From Heptranchias perlo (taxonomy: Eukaryota), in assembly GCF_035084215.1 (NCBI RefSeq), contig NC_090346.1, positions 15,624,001 through 15,688,000 on the forward strand: DNA of 64,000 bases. Direction: 5' to 3'. Made by a program: the position numbers and the translations under genes. The notes beneath the pieces were generated by a model. The model saw nothing but the letters and a program-made list of their open reading frames with translations. It was not told where the DNA came from and made no database searches. Each line of letters starts with the position of its first letter. The first letter of the stretch is position 1. This document shows positions 51,891 through 63,741 of this stretch, piece by piece.

Positions 51891-52462
51891 CCATTCGTTT
51901 CGGAGCAGCCTGTACCTCTAAAAACAAGGTCCAGTGCCTGTTGTATGACCGCTTCTTCCACCAGCTCTTCCGGCAGAGCCACAGAATGGGTCACACCGAG
52001 AGCTGCATATAGGGCAGGAAACACAGCAGCACAGGTAGGTGAATAATTTAAAGTTTTTCTGGGGTAGGAACAGGACAAGTGCTCGACTCTTGCATCACCT
52101 GAAATCAGATTACTCCCATCCCTCACTAAATTATTTAAATTGAAAGTTTGCTTTTGTGAATATGTGTTCCCAGTTCCCCAAGACTCCTCCGTCCATCCTG
52201 TCAGGTAGTGCAGATGTTGGTCAGTGAGTGGTGGAGGTGAACTGATTCCAGATGTAAGGTCGATGTGGAGGGAGTTTATCTGGTTCTTCCACCCAGAGAA
52301 TCTTGGGATGAGTCAGCGGCTGCTGTGTGATTCTTGGTAACAGAATCTCTTAGAGTCCAAGAGTCAGATCTTTCCATTTCTGTGAGAACTTACTGAAATG
52401 TTCTGCAAGGTTTATTTTTGGCACGGAGTGGGAGCAGTTTCGTGGACATTCCTGGTCTGTTA

Positions 52463-53080
52463 CCCCAGTGCTAGCTCCTAACCAATCACATTACCCCAGT
52501 GCCAGCTGGTCTGCAATGCCAGCTTCCAGACAATCCCATTGCCCCAGTGCCAGCTCCCAGACATTCCCATTGCCCCAGTGCCATCTCCCAGACATTCCCA
52601 TTGCCCCAGTGCCAGCTCCCAGACATTCCCATTGCCCCAGTGCCAGCTCCCAGACAATCTCATTGCCCCAGTGCCAGCTCTCAGTTGGTCCCCAGTGCCA
52701 GCTCCCAGACATTCCCATTGCCCCAGTTCCAGCTCCCAGACATTCCCATTGCCACAGTGTCAGCTCCCAGCTGGCCCCCAGTGCCAACTCCCTGACAGTC
52801 CCATTACCGCAGTGCCAGCTCCCTGACAGTCCCATTGCCCCAGTGCCATATCCCACACAGTCCCATTACCCCAGTTCCAGCTCCCAGACAGTCCCATTGC
52901 CCCAGTGCCATATCCCACACAGTCCCATTACCCCAGTTCCAGCTCCCAGACAGTCCCATTGCCCCAGTGCCATATCCCACACAGTCTCATTACCCAAGTT
53001 CTAGCTCCCAGACAGTCCCATTACCAGCTCCCAGCTAGTCCCATTTCGCTGATGCCAGCTCTCAGTCCCATTACCCAAGT
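52463..53080 (+). repeat. 31-bp minisatellite (gccccagtgccagctcccagacattcccatt)n
   Basis: gcccc at 52541 and 52572 gives period 31. Confidence 0.9.
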
Positions 53081-53340
53081 CCTCACTATGTGTGTTAGTT
53101 CCACAAGCACTCACATTAACACCCAATTGATTGCTGTTCACAAGTTCAGTTGCTGCCAACAGCAATCAGCAGCTGAGTTGAATAGTGAGCCCCAATTTTC
53201 AGCTCTGCTGCTCCCCATAAATGAAATCAATTGAGGGTGGGACTGACCAAAAATTTGGGTGGAGATCATTTACATTTGCATTCAGGCAAATGTGAATTGC
53301 AGGAGGTTCCTGCCAGAAATGGGTGGAAAATCACTCCAAC

Positions 53341-53797
53341 ATGACCAGATAATCTGTTTTAGTGATGTTGGTTGAGGGATAAATATTGACCAGGAGAATT
53401 CTAAACAAATCTAGAACTCTAGACAGGTAGAACTGCCTTGCTTTTCTTCAAACAGTGCCTTGGGATCTTTTACGTTCATCTGATAATGGGGCAGAAGTAA
53501 TGTCATTTAGATGGCACCGGTATTGCATAGAACCTTGGCTCTGAATTTCTGAGTGTGTTTGCCCCAATATCCCGTCATAACTTTGGTGGGAGATTGGTGT
53601 AAATGACTGTTTACGCCATTTCTCCGAAGGTTCTGCCTAACATACGGTGGGAGTTCAGATGGACGTAAAAGATCCCAAGGCACTGTTTGAAGAAGAGCAA
53701 GGGAGTTCTCCCCATCTAGAGTTCTAGATTTGTTTAGAATTCTCCTGGCCAATATTTATCCCTCAACCAACATCACTAAAACAGATTATCTGGTCAT
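53341..53797. repeat. 143-bp inverted repeat of DeuSINE sequence (arms 53341-53483 and 53655-53797)
   Basis: 7 mismatches by manual alignment; the right arm continues into the SINE tail to ~53955. Confidence 0.9.
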
Positions 53798-54495
53798 TAT
53801 CACATTGCTGTTTGTGGGATCTTGCTGTGCATTTCCTACATTACAACAGTGACCGCACTACAAAAGTACTTCATTGTCTGTAAAGCGCTTTGGGACGTCC
53901 TGAGGTCATGAAAGGCGCGATATAAATGCGCCTTTTATAAATGCAAGTTCTTTCTTTTGATGCTTCCAGCGGGACTGACAGTCACTGGAGGTCATCTCAG
54001 GGTGTCATGGGTGTGCAGTGCAACCTATTAAAGTTAATGAGTAGAAGATCATAGGCTGCATACCTGCAATTTCCCCAGATGTGCTCCCTGCAAGAACCCA
54101 TGTGCCCCCTCCCCCCAACCACCGAAGCACCAGATCACAGAGTCACCCCTAATGTCAACAGGATAAATAAAACCCAACATGTGTTTGGAGCTCATTTCTC
54201 TCTGGTCCTTTGGGTACCTATAGCTGCAGAGAGGGCAGTCACCTCACTATTGCTGATTGGAGGTGGCCATTCCTTCCCATGGCCACCTTTTAAACAGCGG
54301 CGCAGTTTGATGTTGCTCACCTTGGTCGCAGTGCCACTGTGAGTCTTGCTCCTTGTTTAGAGGTCAGTGTTTCTTTGAAAGATACCAGGTAAAGAAAGAG
54401 TGATGCTGTCAGATGATGGTGAGACAGATGTGAATCATGTTTCTGAAGTCAGAAGCACATTTGCTGAATACCCATTGTTTTTTTTATCTTGACAG

Positions 54496-54648
54496 AAAAA
54501 CAACAGAGACACTGGGAACTTTGACCGAGAATTCACCCGCCAGCCTTTGGAGTTCACGCCCACCGACAAACTCTTCATCATGAACCTGGATCAGAATGAA
54601 TTTGCAGGATTTTCCTATGTGAATCCTGAATTTGTTATTCAGGTTTAA
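54496..54648 (+). CDS. PRKCB: Protein kinase C beta, alternative terminal exon betaI (V5)
   Basis: T-rich tract plus gacAG acceptor, in phase with the donor at 35190. Encodes KNNRDTGNFDREFTRQPLEFTPTDKLFIMNLDQNEFAGFSYVNPEFVIQV*. Confidence 0.96.
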   Translation, partial: KNNRDTGNFDREFTRQPLEFTPTDKLFIMNLDQNEFAGFSYVNPEFVIQV

Positions 54649-55175
54649 AGATCACCTGAGGCCTCGTTTCTATAACCCCATTGTATTTTTAATCTGAAAC
54701 ACAATATTTTCAAATATTGATTTTTCATTTCCCAGGTCCTAAGTTCTGCATGAGGTTTTAATACAGCACCAGACAACATTTTATTACCTGACTCTATTCT
54801 CAGTGGTTACAAGTGATCATTGGATAGTGGCTGGAACCTAACAGAAGACATGGAAAGTGCACAGATGAACACTGTAACTAGGGTTATGACCGGTTGACGA
54901 GCCCAAATCCAAGCGTGGGGCAGAATAGGGGAAGACAAAGCTGGGATCAGGGCTTGCTACTGACTAAAATTAATTGAAAACTTTAACATCTAATGTGGTC
55001 ACATACGGACTTGAGCTGGGTCCACGGTCCAGTGCAGCATTGAGGGAGTGCTGCACTGTCAGAGATGCCGACCTTCAGATCTGGAGTGGAACTAAGGTCC
55101 TATCTCTCAGTCTAAGTGGATGTTGAAGCTAGAATGGGAAAGGTTGGTGTTCTGGAAGGATCTTGTAAACAACAT

Positions 55176-55571
55176 AGCCCAGAAATTCAGGCTAATTGGG
55201 TGCAGGGAACGATCCCTGCCCCTGAACGGGTAGGCCCAGGGCGCACCCAATATTGGGCCTCGGGCCTCATTTAAAAGTCCCCAGGCAGCTCGCCAGTGAA
55301 GAGGCTTCGAATTGCGAGCTGGCTGCATTCAGGGCAGCCTAATTTTGCAGAGGGGGCCTCAAACAGTCAATAGGCCCCTTATTTGCATATGTAAAAGGCC
55401 TAACGCCTGTTTCAGGCATGGGCCCTGGACAACTTTTTTTTGCCTACACCAATATGGCGGGCGGTGCACTTCCAGCTCATAATGAGAGCGCACTTCCTGT
55501 CTGCCATATTGGAGGCTTAGGTACCCATTTAACCCCTGAAAATGGGCGCAGATCCATTGAATTTCTAGACT
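55176..55571. mobile_element. Probable MITE (Harbinger-like) in the inferred betaI 3' UTR
   Basis: Imperfect TIRs agcccagaaattca / tgaatttctagact and internal palindromes; no clean TSD. Confidence 0.5.
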
Positions 55572-56933
55572 GATAAGACACCAGTAAGTGGTAAAAATTA
55601 ATTTCCATTTTAAAAGAACAAACTTTTGATATTGAGTTTAGAACTATCTATATTTATCCATCTACAATATATTAAAAGTCCTAAGTATAATGTGCACTTC
55701 CTGTTAGCATCATATTGCTTCCAGTCATACTTCAACCATCAAACAGCAGCAAATCAGAATTGAAGCAGGAAACATTTGAATCAAACACTAGGAAATTGAT
55801 TAGAAATATCTGTGGCCCTGATAGTCCATTGTGCAATGCCTGGCACCAATATTTGTAAAACACAATAGCCCCTGACTGACTGTGAGCAATGCCATGGGAG
55901 ATCCACTAGTAATATCTTAAAATTGTTGTACGTAACATGTACTTCCTGTGTGTTTTCACTCTGTGCTTCTTGTGTCTTGAATTTTTCTATGCTGGTAGTT
56001 CTGTCACTCTACCCATCACACCTGGCTTCATGCCCATTACACTTTAAAATATTTAATTTCAATTTTTAAAACTTTTATGCCTACTTCTCGGTGGCCTATT
56101 CTGGCCATGTGACCAAGACCCTCCTTAGTTATCCTTACCCTAACCCCCAACTCTGTTGAGATTAACCAACAGAAGCAACTCAAACACTAAGATATTTTCA
56201 GTAAGAATTTTTTTCACACAATCTTCTAATTTATTATTTCATCTAAACTTTTGGTTTGCCTCCATTTTTGGGGTACAGTAGTGTAGTGGTTATGTTACTG
56301 GACTAGTAATCCAGAGGCCTGTACTAATAATCCAGAGAACGTAAGTTCAAATCCCACAATCCCATCCTCATGGACCGACACTAAGCCCAGCTCGTCCATC
56401 AGTCTCATCCTTAACTTATGGGCAAGGCCAGGTTTATGGGCGGAGATGCATTTAGACGGAAGGCTCAATAAACGGCCCTAAACGATCAAGGCGATTTGGG
56501 CGTATTATGCTCGTGTAACTCACTTACGCTCAAAATTCCACAATCTTTTAGGCCTCGTAATTGATTTGTGCTCCAGTTACGTGTGTCTCTGGGCGCAAAT
56601 ACGGAAGAAATTCAAGGTCCCTTGATATACTGCGACTTGGTGCTAAGGACAGGTTTAGGGGCGAAAATTGATGGAAAAGGAAAATGCGATAAGACAGGTT
56701 TAACCAGGGATGTACACAAATTGCAAAGCAAGCCGCACCTTTTTCTAAACAGTGTCTTCCATATTACGGACGTAAATGTTTTCTACTCTGTGACATCTCA
56801 TGAACTGTAATGTACTCAAAGATTTCTACCCTTGTGACGTCTATGCATCGCCCATTCACAGGATCACACTGAGTGTTCTTACAGTTGATTGCAAAATAAA
56901 TTAATGTGTTTTGAAGCTTGCCAAAAAACAGCA

Positions 56934-56939
56934 AATAAA
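56934..56939 (+). promoter_or_regulatory. Candidate polyadenylation signal for the betaI transcript (another AATAAA at 56895-56900)
   Basis: Paired AATAAA followed by GT-rich ttttgtgttggtctctctgt at ~56981-57000. Confidence 0.5.
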
Positions 56940-58319
56940 AATGTATTGCAATAATTACTGAATGAATTAATTTGCATGACTTTTGTGTTGGTCTCTCTGT
57001 CTACTGTTGGCAGGATATTCGTGCATGAATGCTTCCAAACTGTTGAGTTGCATGATCCCTAAAGATTAAATAAAATTCTGTAATGAAACGTCTGCAGTAA
57101 GGTGTGGAGTATTCACTGGGCAGGAGAGGACTGGGCGAGAGGTACAGTCTATACCCATGGGACTGGCAATCGTTAACCTTCACGGGACATTAGTATTGGC
57201 CTGAATGTGGTGTCACTTTAACCAGACTTGTGCAACATTAATTCCGTCTCTCAGTGAATCCATACACATTACACAGAGGGTACAAGCAATCAGGCTAGAT
57301 AGATCAGATACGAGAGTAGCAGGTTAGTATGTGATGGTGCAGTGGGTTAAATCATTGTCCCCTCAACTCTAGCCACAGACTGATGGGATGAAATTCTCCT
57401 CTCTCTTCAGGCTGTGGGGCAATCTCATCCAGCTCCTAAAGGTAGAGGCCCACTGTACAAAACTGTCCACAATCCTACACTGGTTGCCAGTATCACTGAG
57501 AGAGCCAACAAGTTTTGTTGTGTTAGAGAATGGATGTTCTTATAAGTTACTCCTGAAAATAATATTGTTCACAGCATTACAGGTAGATATTCACAGATTT
57601 ATTAAGCATATGATAATAACTATTACTGACAATAATTAAACATACACTTAACAGCAGCACTTACAGTAAAACACTGCAAGTTTACCGAAGGACCCACACA
57701 TTAACAGTGAAATTGTGGGCTGATCAGGCCTCATCGAATTCTGAGGTCTCTCTCCCATCAACTACTCTTTTATATTGTTCTTTCATAATCCTGTTATGTT
57801 TTAGTAATACCTAATATTCCTTTCATGTCCCCTGTCATCCTGATTGATCTGTCAATCAAATCCTTAGGCTGAAGACAGTTACAGAAATTCATGAGCTATC
57901 AAAGGCCTGTTAACATTCCTGTGCATGTTTTATTTTTCCATCCCACTAGGCCATATTCCTTTTGACAGATGTTGCCTTCCAGGGTGGCCTTTGCATACAG
58001 CCATTTATGTATCAATAGGACCACCTTCAACTTTACAGACACCTAACCATATCTCTCCTGTGTCCCTGTGAAGTTAAAAGACAAATAATCTACAAGATGC
58101 CGTTCTGTCTACATACCCACTCATACCTACAAGCCTTTCAAGGTCTTGTTATAAGATCTGTCCATATCAAAGGGCTAATCAAACTGCTAGTGAGATCAGC
58201 TCCAATTGAAAAGTTAAATTAATGTAAAGAAAAATCAATAGCAGTCCCATTAATTAACCCTTTGCTAACTGTTGGTAAGGGACCAGTTGGAAATATCACA
58301 TTGGCACAATAGACGGTGC

Positions 58320-59330
58320 TCCTCCAAAGTTGGGACTGTCACACTTTGGGCAGAGTAGCTTTACCTGCCATTGACATGGGAGTGCTTGATGCTTCATTCC
58401 AAACTGCCGCTGGTGATATCCAACAAATAAGTCAGTCCGCTGTTCGCCAACGGATCACGCATTTGAGAGAAGCATTGTTTCTCAGACGGAACTCTTTCTC
58501 CCCTTTACCCATGGATAGGCTATAAGCAGTATGCATGGGCACAGTACTCCTACCAGGTGGCAGGTTATCACAAGGTGCGGGGTATCATAGATGGCACACA
58601 GGTGGCCATCCGATGCCACATTACCAATTCCATGCTGTTCCTGAACAGAAAGAAGTTTTATTCAATGCACCTGCAGGCGGTTTGTGACTGCAATGTGTAC
58701 AGAATGTAGGTGAGGTGTTGGGTGATGGACCTCATAGTCAGTGTGATCTATTGGAACTCATTTTTGAACACCTTCGGAGGTCGGTGAGCAATTTCCCAGA
58801 ATTATTCTTTCCCTAAATTGGCCAAGGGTTTTTTTATATGCTTTACCTCTCCCAGGAGATTACATGGCTGGTGGTGGGTGGGGAGCACTGGGGGTCATGA
58901 TGCTTGGTTGCAATACGGCTGTATGGGACAGGCTCAATGGACCAGCTGGTCTTCCCCTATCTATCTGTTTTATATGTTCACAAGCACCAACTACTGCAAG
59001 TCAATGCCCGATATCCTAGCAGTAGACACAAAGCAATCACTTTACACCAATCTGCTGTACCACCATTATTCAGAGGAGGTGGGAGATTGAATGGGTGGCT
59101 CCTCAGAGACCTGTAGAGAACTGGCTGCTGATCCCCTTTGAGATAGCCATTAACATGAGCAGAACGCCAATATAATGAATCAACATTGTCTCCACAGAAT
59201 CCTTGTGGACCATACTATCAGCATGTTGAAACAGCAGTTCCAATGCTTGGACATATCGGAGATGTCTTATAGTTTTTCAAAGCAGTGTGTTGCATGTTGC
59301 ACAACCTCACCATACAGAGTTGAGTTACCA
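58320..59330 (+). pseudogene. PIF/Harbinger (HARBI1-like) DDE transposase fossil, interrupted at ~58710-58978
   Basis: Colinear motifs across frameshifts and stops: SFQTAAGDIQQISQSAV, VRGIIDGTQVAIR, FLNRKKFYSMHLQAVCD, VNARYPSSRH, GWLLRD, VDHTISMLKQQFQCLD and CMLHNL. Confidence 0.8.
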
Positions 59331-60229
59331 TGCAGCAGGAAGACAAAGATGTCCAGCCACTACTACTGGACGAGGAGGACAATAGTCACAAGGCTGATGA
59401 ATTGGATGATGAATCCCAGCTGTCGAGCACCAGGTTCTCACTGACAGCACATTTGTCCAAGTATCTCAGTGTCTAAATGCACAATCAGTCCTGTCCATCC
59501 GTGCACGGCGCAGTAGCCCAACAAACACCATGCTCATCATTATCCGTGTTACATTTTTGGGTCTTCTAATAATTTTACCATAGATTACGTGAACCCTAAT
59601 ATCTTAGATCACTCTCATGAGTGAGTCCCATACTTTCGAGAGGGTCTATTCTTGTCTACAGATCTAGGTAATGTGCCCAGGAAATGAACATTAAATCCTG
59701 TTTCTAATTACTTTCAGCTACTGGCTTTATCTTTTGTCTCCAGTCTTCAAAAGCGGTAGTGCGTTACGTCAGACCTCTTAAGTTTTAAATTTGTTTTATA
59801 AAAGATGAATGTGAATAAATAACAGCATACAAAGTATTTACATGTTTATTGTAGACATCCCTCCACTTAACTGGATAAAATAATACACTGATCACAGTTA
59901 ATGCTTTATAAATAATTTTTAAATAATACACTATTTTTCTTTTCCTAGAATTTCTTATTACTGTGGGGGTCTAAACTGTTTCTTGGAAATTGAATTTCAT
60001 TTATTTCTCTCTCTGGAATTTTAAATCCAGAAAAGAATTACCTTCCTGGATTTGAATACCTCGCCAATGAATTTTTTTTAAAAACCTGTCAGTCGGTCAT
60101 ATAAAAGCTGAACCAATTCCACAAGTTTGAATTATCCTCTCCATGAGGAAACCGGCAAAACTTGCCACATTCTATCAAAATAATTGGTGTAAGATTCTGA
60201 ACTGTAGTTATTTTTTTTAAACTGCTTCA

Positions 60230-60371
60230 CCGAGATTCTCCTCGAGCGTTCTCCCGATCAGTTGTTGTAACTTTGGAGGAAGTTTGGCGGAAGCACTGCT
60301 TATGTGGTGTATCCGGGACTTCCACCGAGGTTATGCCAGCCGATCGGAACAACCCATGAGGAAATTCACGG
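60230..60371. mobile_element. Small degenerate MITE-like inverted repeat
   Basis: ~30-bp imperfect TIRs ccgagattctcctc...ccgatc and gatcgg...gaggaaattcacgg. Confidence 0.5.
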
Positions 60372-61367
60372 CGTTTATATTTGAGATAGATTTAAGGGAA
60401 CAGGCATTAAATCAAACCCAGACAAAAACATCTCAAGCCTGTCACAATCTTCTATCCCACCTCAACAACCATGTTTCTCCAAGAGGAAAGAAAGACTTGC
60501 ATGTATATAGTGCCTTTCACAACCTCAGGACATCCCAAAGCGTTTCACCGCCAATGAAGCACTTTTGAAGTGCAGTCACTCAGAAACTCTGTTTGACCAT
60601 TTTCTCTGTGTTCACCTCCCTGAGATTAAGTAAACCAAGAGGATCCAAGGCAGTGTAAACTGTATGCGGTGTGTTGATTCAAAGAGCTGAATACCCTTTG
60701 TTGGACTGGAAAAATTATTCTGTCAGCATCTGCTGGATTTTTAATGAGAATCTCTAGCCTTTCTTGGAGTAATGTGCAGTCATCGTGATGCAAGTTATTA
60801 AGACACAGATTCTGAGACCAAAGATTGTTCAGGACAAGAGATAGTACTCGACAACAATCTCAACACCCATAGCCAGTCGAACTCAGCCTCGTTGAAGTTC
60901 CATTCAACCACTGAGAGCAATGGAGCCAAGTGGCCTTCAGGAAGCAGGTCCCCAGAGTCTCCCTCCTTTTCATTCATTTCTGCTGCTTTATTTTTTGGTC
61001 AAATCCACTTTCTTGCAAACAAACTTCAAGCGAATCAATTGAAATGCAGAGGATGGATTAAGGAGAAATGCGTAGAAGAGTAGAGACACTGGTTCTAGGA
61101 GATAACCTGCCTGAGCTCCAGAAACTGCAATAATTCAGTTGCAGTTTAATGCTACAAGGACAGCAGTGGATTCAGGTGAATAGCAATGCTGCGGCCAAGT
61201 GACACTTAGCTGACATATTAGATTTCTAATTCGAAAGCAATGGAAAAATTAATAATGTTTGCTTGAATCCTAAAATCCAATTACCAGAACTTACACTGCA
61301 CACATAATGTCAACAGTTAATCCTTAAAAGCATTTTTACCTGAGGGCTGGGTAGTACAGGTGTCATT

Positions 61368-62052
61368 GGAGTCACAGTTGGTAGCACTCTCGGCACTGAG
61401 TCAGAAGGTTGTTCGTTCAAGAACATAAGAACATAAGAAATAGGAGCAGGAGTAGGCCATGCGGCCCCTCGAGCCTGCTCCACCACTCAATAAGATTATG
61501 GTTGATCATCGACCTCAACTCCACTTTCCTGCCTGATCCCCATATTTCTTGATTACCTAAAAGTCCAAAAATCTATCCATCTCAGTCTTGAATATACTCA
61601 AAAACTGAGCATCCACAGCCCTCTGGGGTAGAGAATTCCAAAGATTTACAACCCTCAAGCCACACTCCAGAGACTTGAGCACAAAATCAAGGCTGACACT
61701 CCAGTAAAGTACCGAGGGAGTGCTGCACTACCAGAGGTGCCATCTTTCCGATGAGACGTTAATCCAAGGCTCCATCTGCCCTCCCAGGTGGACGGAAAAG
61801 ATCCCAGGGCACTATTGGAAGAGCAGGGGAGTTCTCCCAGTGTCCTGGTCAATATTTATCTCTCAAGCAACATCACTAAAACAGGTAATCTGGTTATTTA
61901 TCTCGTTGCTGTTATGGGCTCTTGCTGTGCTCAAATTGGCTGCCGCATTTCCTGCATTACAACAGTTACTACATTTCAAAAGTACTTCATTGGCTATAAA
62001 GCGATTTGGGTCAGCTTGAGATCGTGAAAGGTGCTTTATAAATGCAAGTCTT
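61368..62052 (+). mobile_element. DeuSINE split by a CR1 3' fragment (61422-61654, minus strand)
   Basis: SINE head at 61368-61421 and body at 61655-62052; tcaag is duplicated at both junctions. The CR1 tail is aagaacataagaacataagaaataggagcaggagtaggcc. Confidence 0.8.
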
Positions 62053-62653
62053 ACTTTCAAAATACAAGTCACAAACGCAGGAACAAACTGTATCCCTTTC
62101 CATATATTTTATATCTCATTATTGTCTTCCGTTGAAAGCACTTATATCCCACTTTTTTTCCGGGGATTTTACCTCCTGTATCGGGAGTCACTCGCTAATG
62201 TTAACCTGTTTCAAGCACTTTTAACTGAGGGGTTAACCTGTTTATTTTAAATCGGTTAATACTCTTGTTAAAATGGCAGACAGATGTTAAACATTTGACC
62301 CTAATATTCCCAACACTAAAAACATCAGTGCAAACATTAAAATAACTCCGTGTTACAAACCCGAACGAGCCCGTGTGTGAAAACGGATCTGTCTCGGGTT
62401 AAACACCGAGAATTCACAAGCGCTGAACTTGTTATTTCTAAAGTAAAGGTGACATTTCCTGAAAACACAGAGTAAAGAGGCGATTTCCTGAGCTCGGACA
62501 TTAATGGGGCGCAATTCTGCTAAAGGGATTTTTTTAAACTTTTAACTTAAAATTCAGAAAAGGTGAGAGTTTTAAACGACCGAGACTGGGCTGGTGGGAA
62601 GACGGTGGCTAATCTCACACAGCTCCCGGAGTGGGAGGCGGATCCTGGGAGAC

Positions 62654-63364
62654 GGGCAGTGAGACCCCGAGTCCCCGGGCAGTGAGACCCCGAGTCCCGG
62701 GCAGTGAGTCCCCGAGTCCCGGGCAGTGAGACCCCGAGTCCCCGGGCAGTGAGTCCCCGAGTCCCCGGGCAGTGAGTCCCCGAGTCCCCGGGCAGTGAGA
62801 CCCCGAGTCCCCGGGCAGTGAGTCCCCGAGTCCCGGGCAGTGAGACCCCGAGTCCCCGGGCAGTGAGTCCCCGAGTCCCCGGGCAGTGAGACCCCGAGTC
62901 CCCGGGCAGTGAGTCCCCGAGTCCCGGGCAGTGAGTCCCCGAGTCCCGGGCAGTGAGTCCCCGAGTCCCGGGCAGTGAGACCCCGAGTCCCGGGCAGTGA
63001 GTCCCCGAGTCCCCGGGCAGTGAGTCCCCGAGTCCCCGGGCAGTGAGTCCCCGAGTCCCCGGGCAGTCCCCGAGTCCCCGGGCAGTGAGTCCCCGAGTCC
63101 CCGGGCAGTCCCCGAGTCCCCGGGCAGTGAGTCCCCGAGTCCCCGGGCAGTCCCCGAGTCCCCGGGCAGTGAGACCCCGAGTCCCCGGGCAGTGAGACCC
63201 CGAGTCCCCGGGCAGTGAGACCCCGAGTCCCGGGCAGTGAGACCCCGAGTCCCCGGGCAGTGAGACCCCCGAGTCCCCGGGCAGTGAGTCCCCGAGTCCC
63301 GGGCAGTGAGTCCCGGGCAGTGAGACCCCGAGTCCCGGGCAGTGAGTCCCCGAGTCCCGGGCAG
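62654..63364 (+). repeat. 22-23-bp CpG-rich minisatellite (gggcagtgagtccccgagtcccc)n
   Basis: About 30 directly visible units. Confidence 0.95.
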
Positions 63365-63741
63365 GTTTAGGTGTTGAGGTGCCCGATGTGACTGAGCTCG
63401 GCCCCGAGTCCTGGGGTCTCTCACAGCCCGGAGTCACTGGATCCGCTCCAAGCTGCGGATCAGGGTTTTTTGGGGGGATTTTAAACTTTTTCTCCTGGGA
63501 TTTTACCGGATTTTCTGGGGTTTTATATGTTTTTCGGGGGGGGGGGGGGGTCTGGCCCTTTGCACGGTGACCCCGGTCCATCTGCTGTGCCCGGTTCCCA
63601 GCCCATTGGGACGGTGCTGAGCGGCCGGGGGAGGCTGTGGAGGATGTGTCCGGGAGTGAATCCGGACAAGGTGCTGAGCATCTTGTGACCCCGGGTGACA
63701 GGGGAGGGAGATGGTAGTGGGAGGAGGTTAACAGTTCCCGG

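Noticed and set aside
54501-54506. Alternative acceptor caacAG 11 nt inside the betaI exon
   Set aside because: Would shift the frame; the upstream AG gives the expected 50-aa betaI tail.
56270-56360. tRNA gene
   Set aside because: A/B-box-like sequence matches the head of the SINE at 19580-19968; no convincing cloverleaf or terminator.
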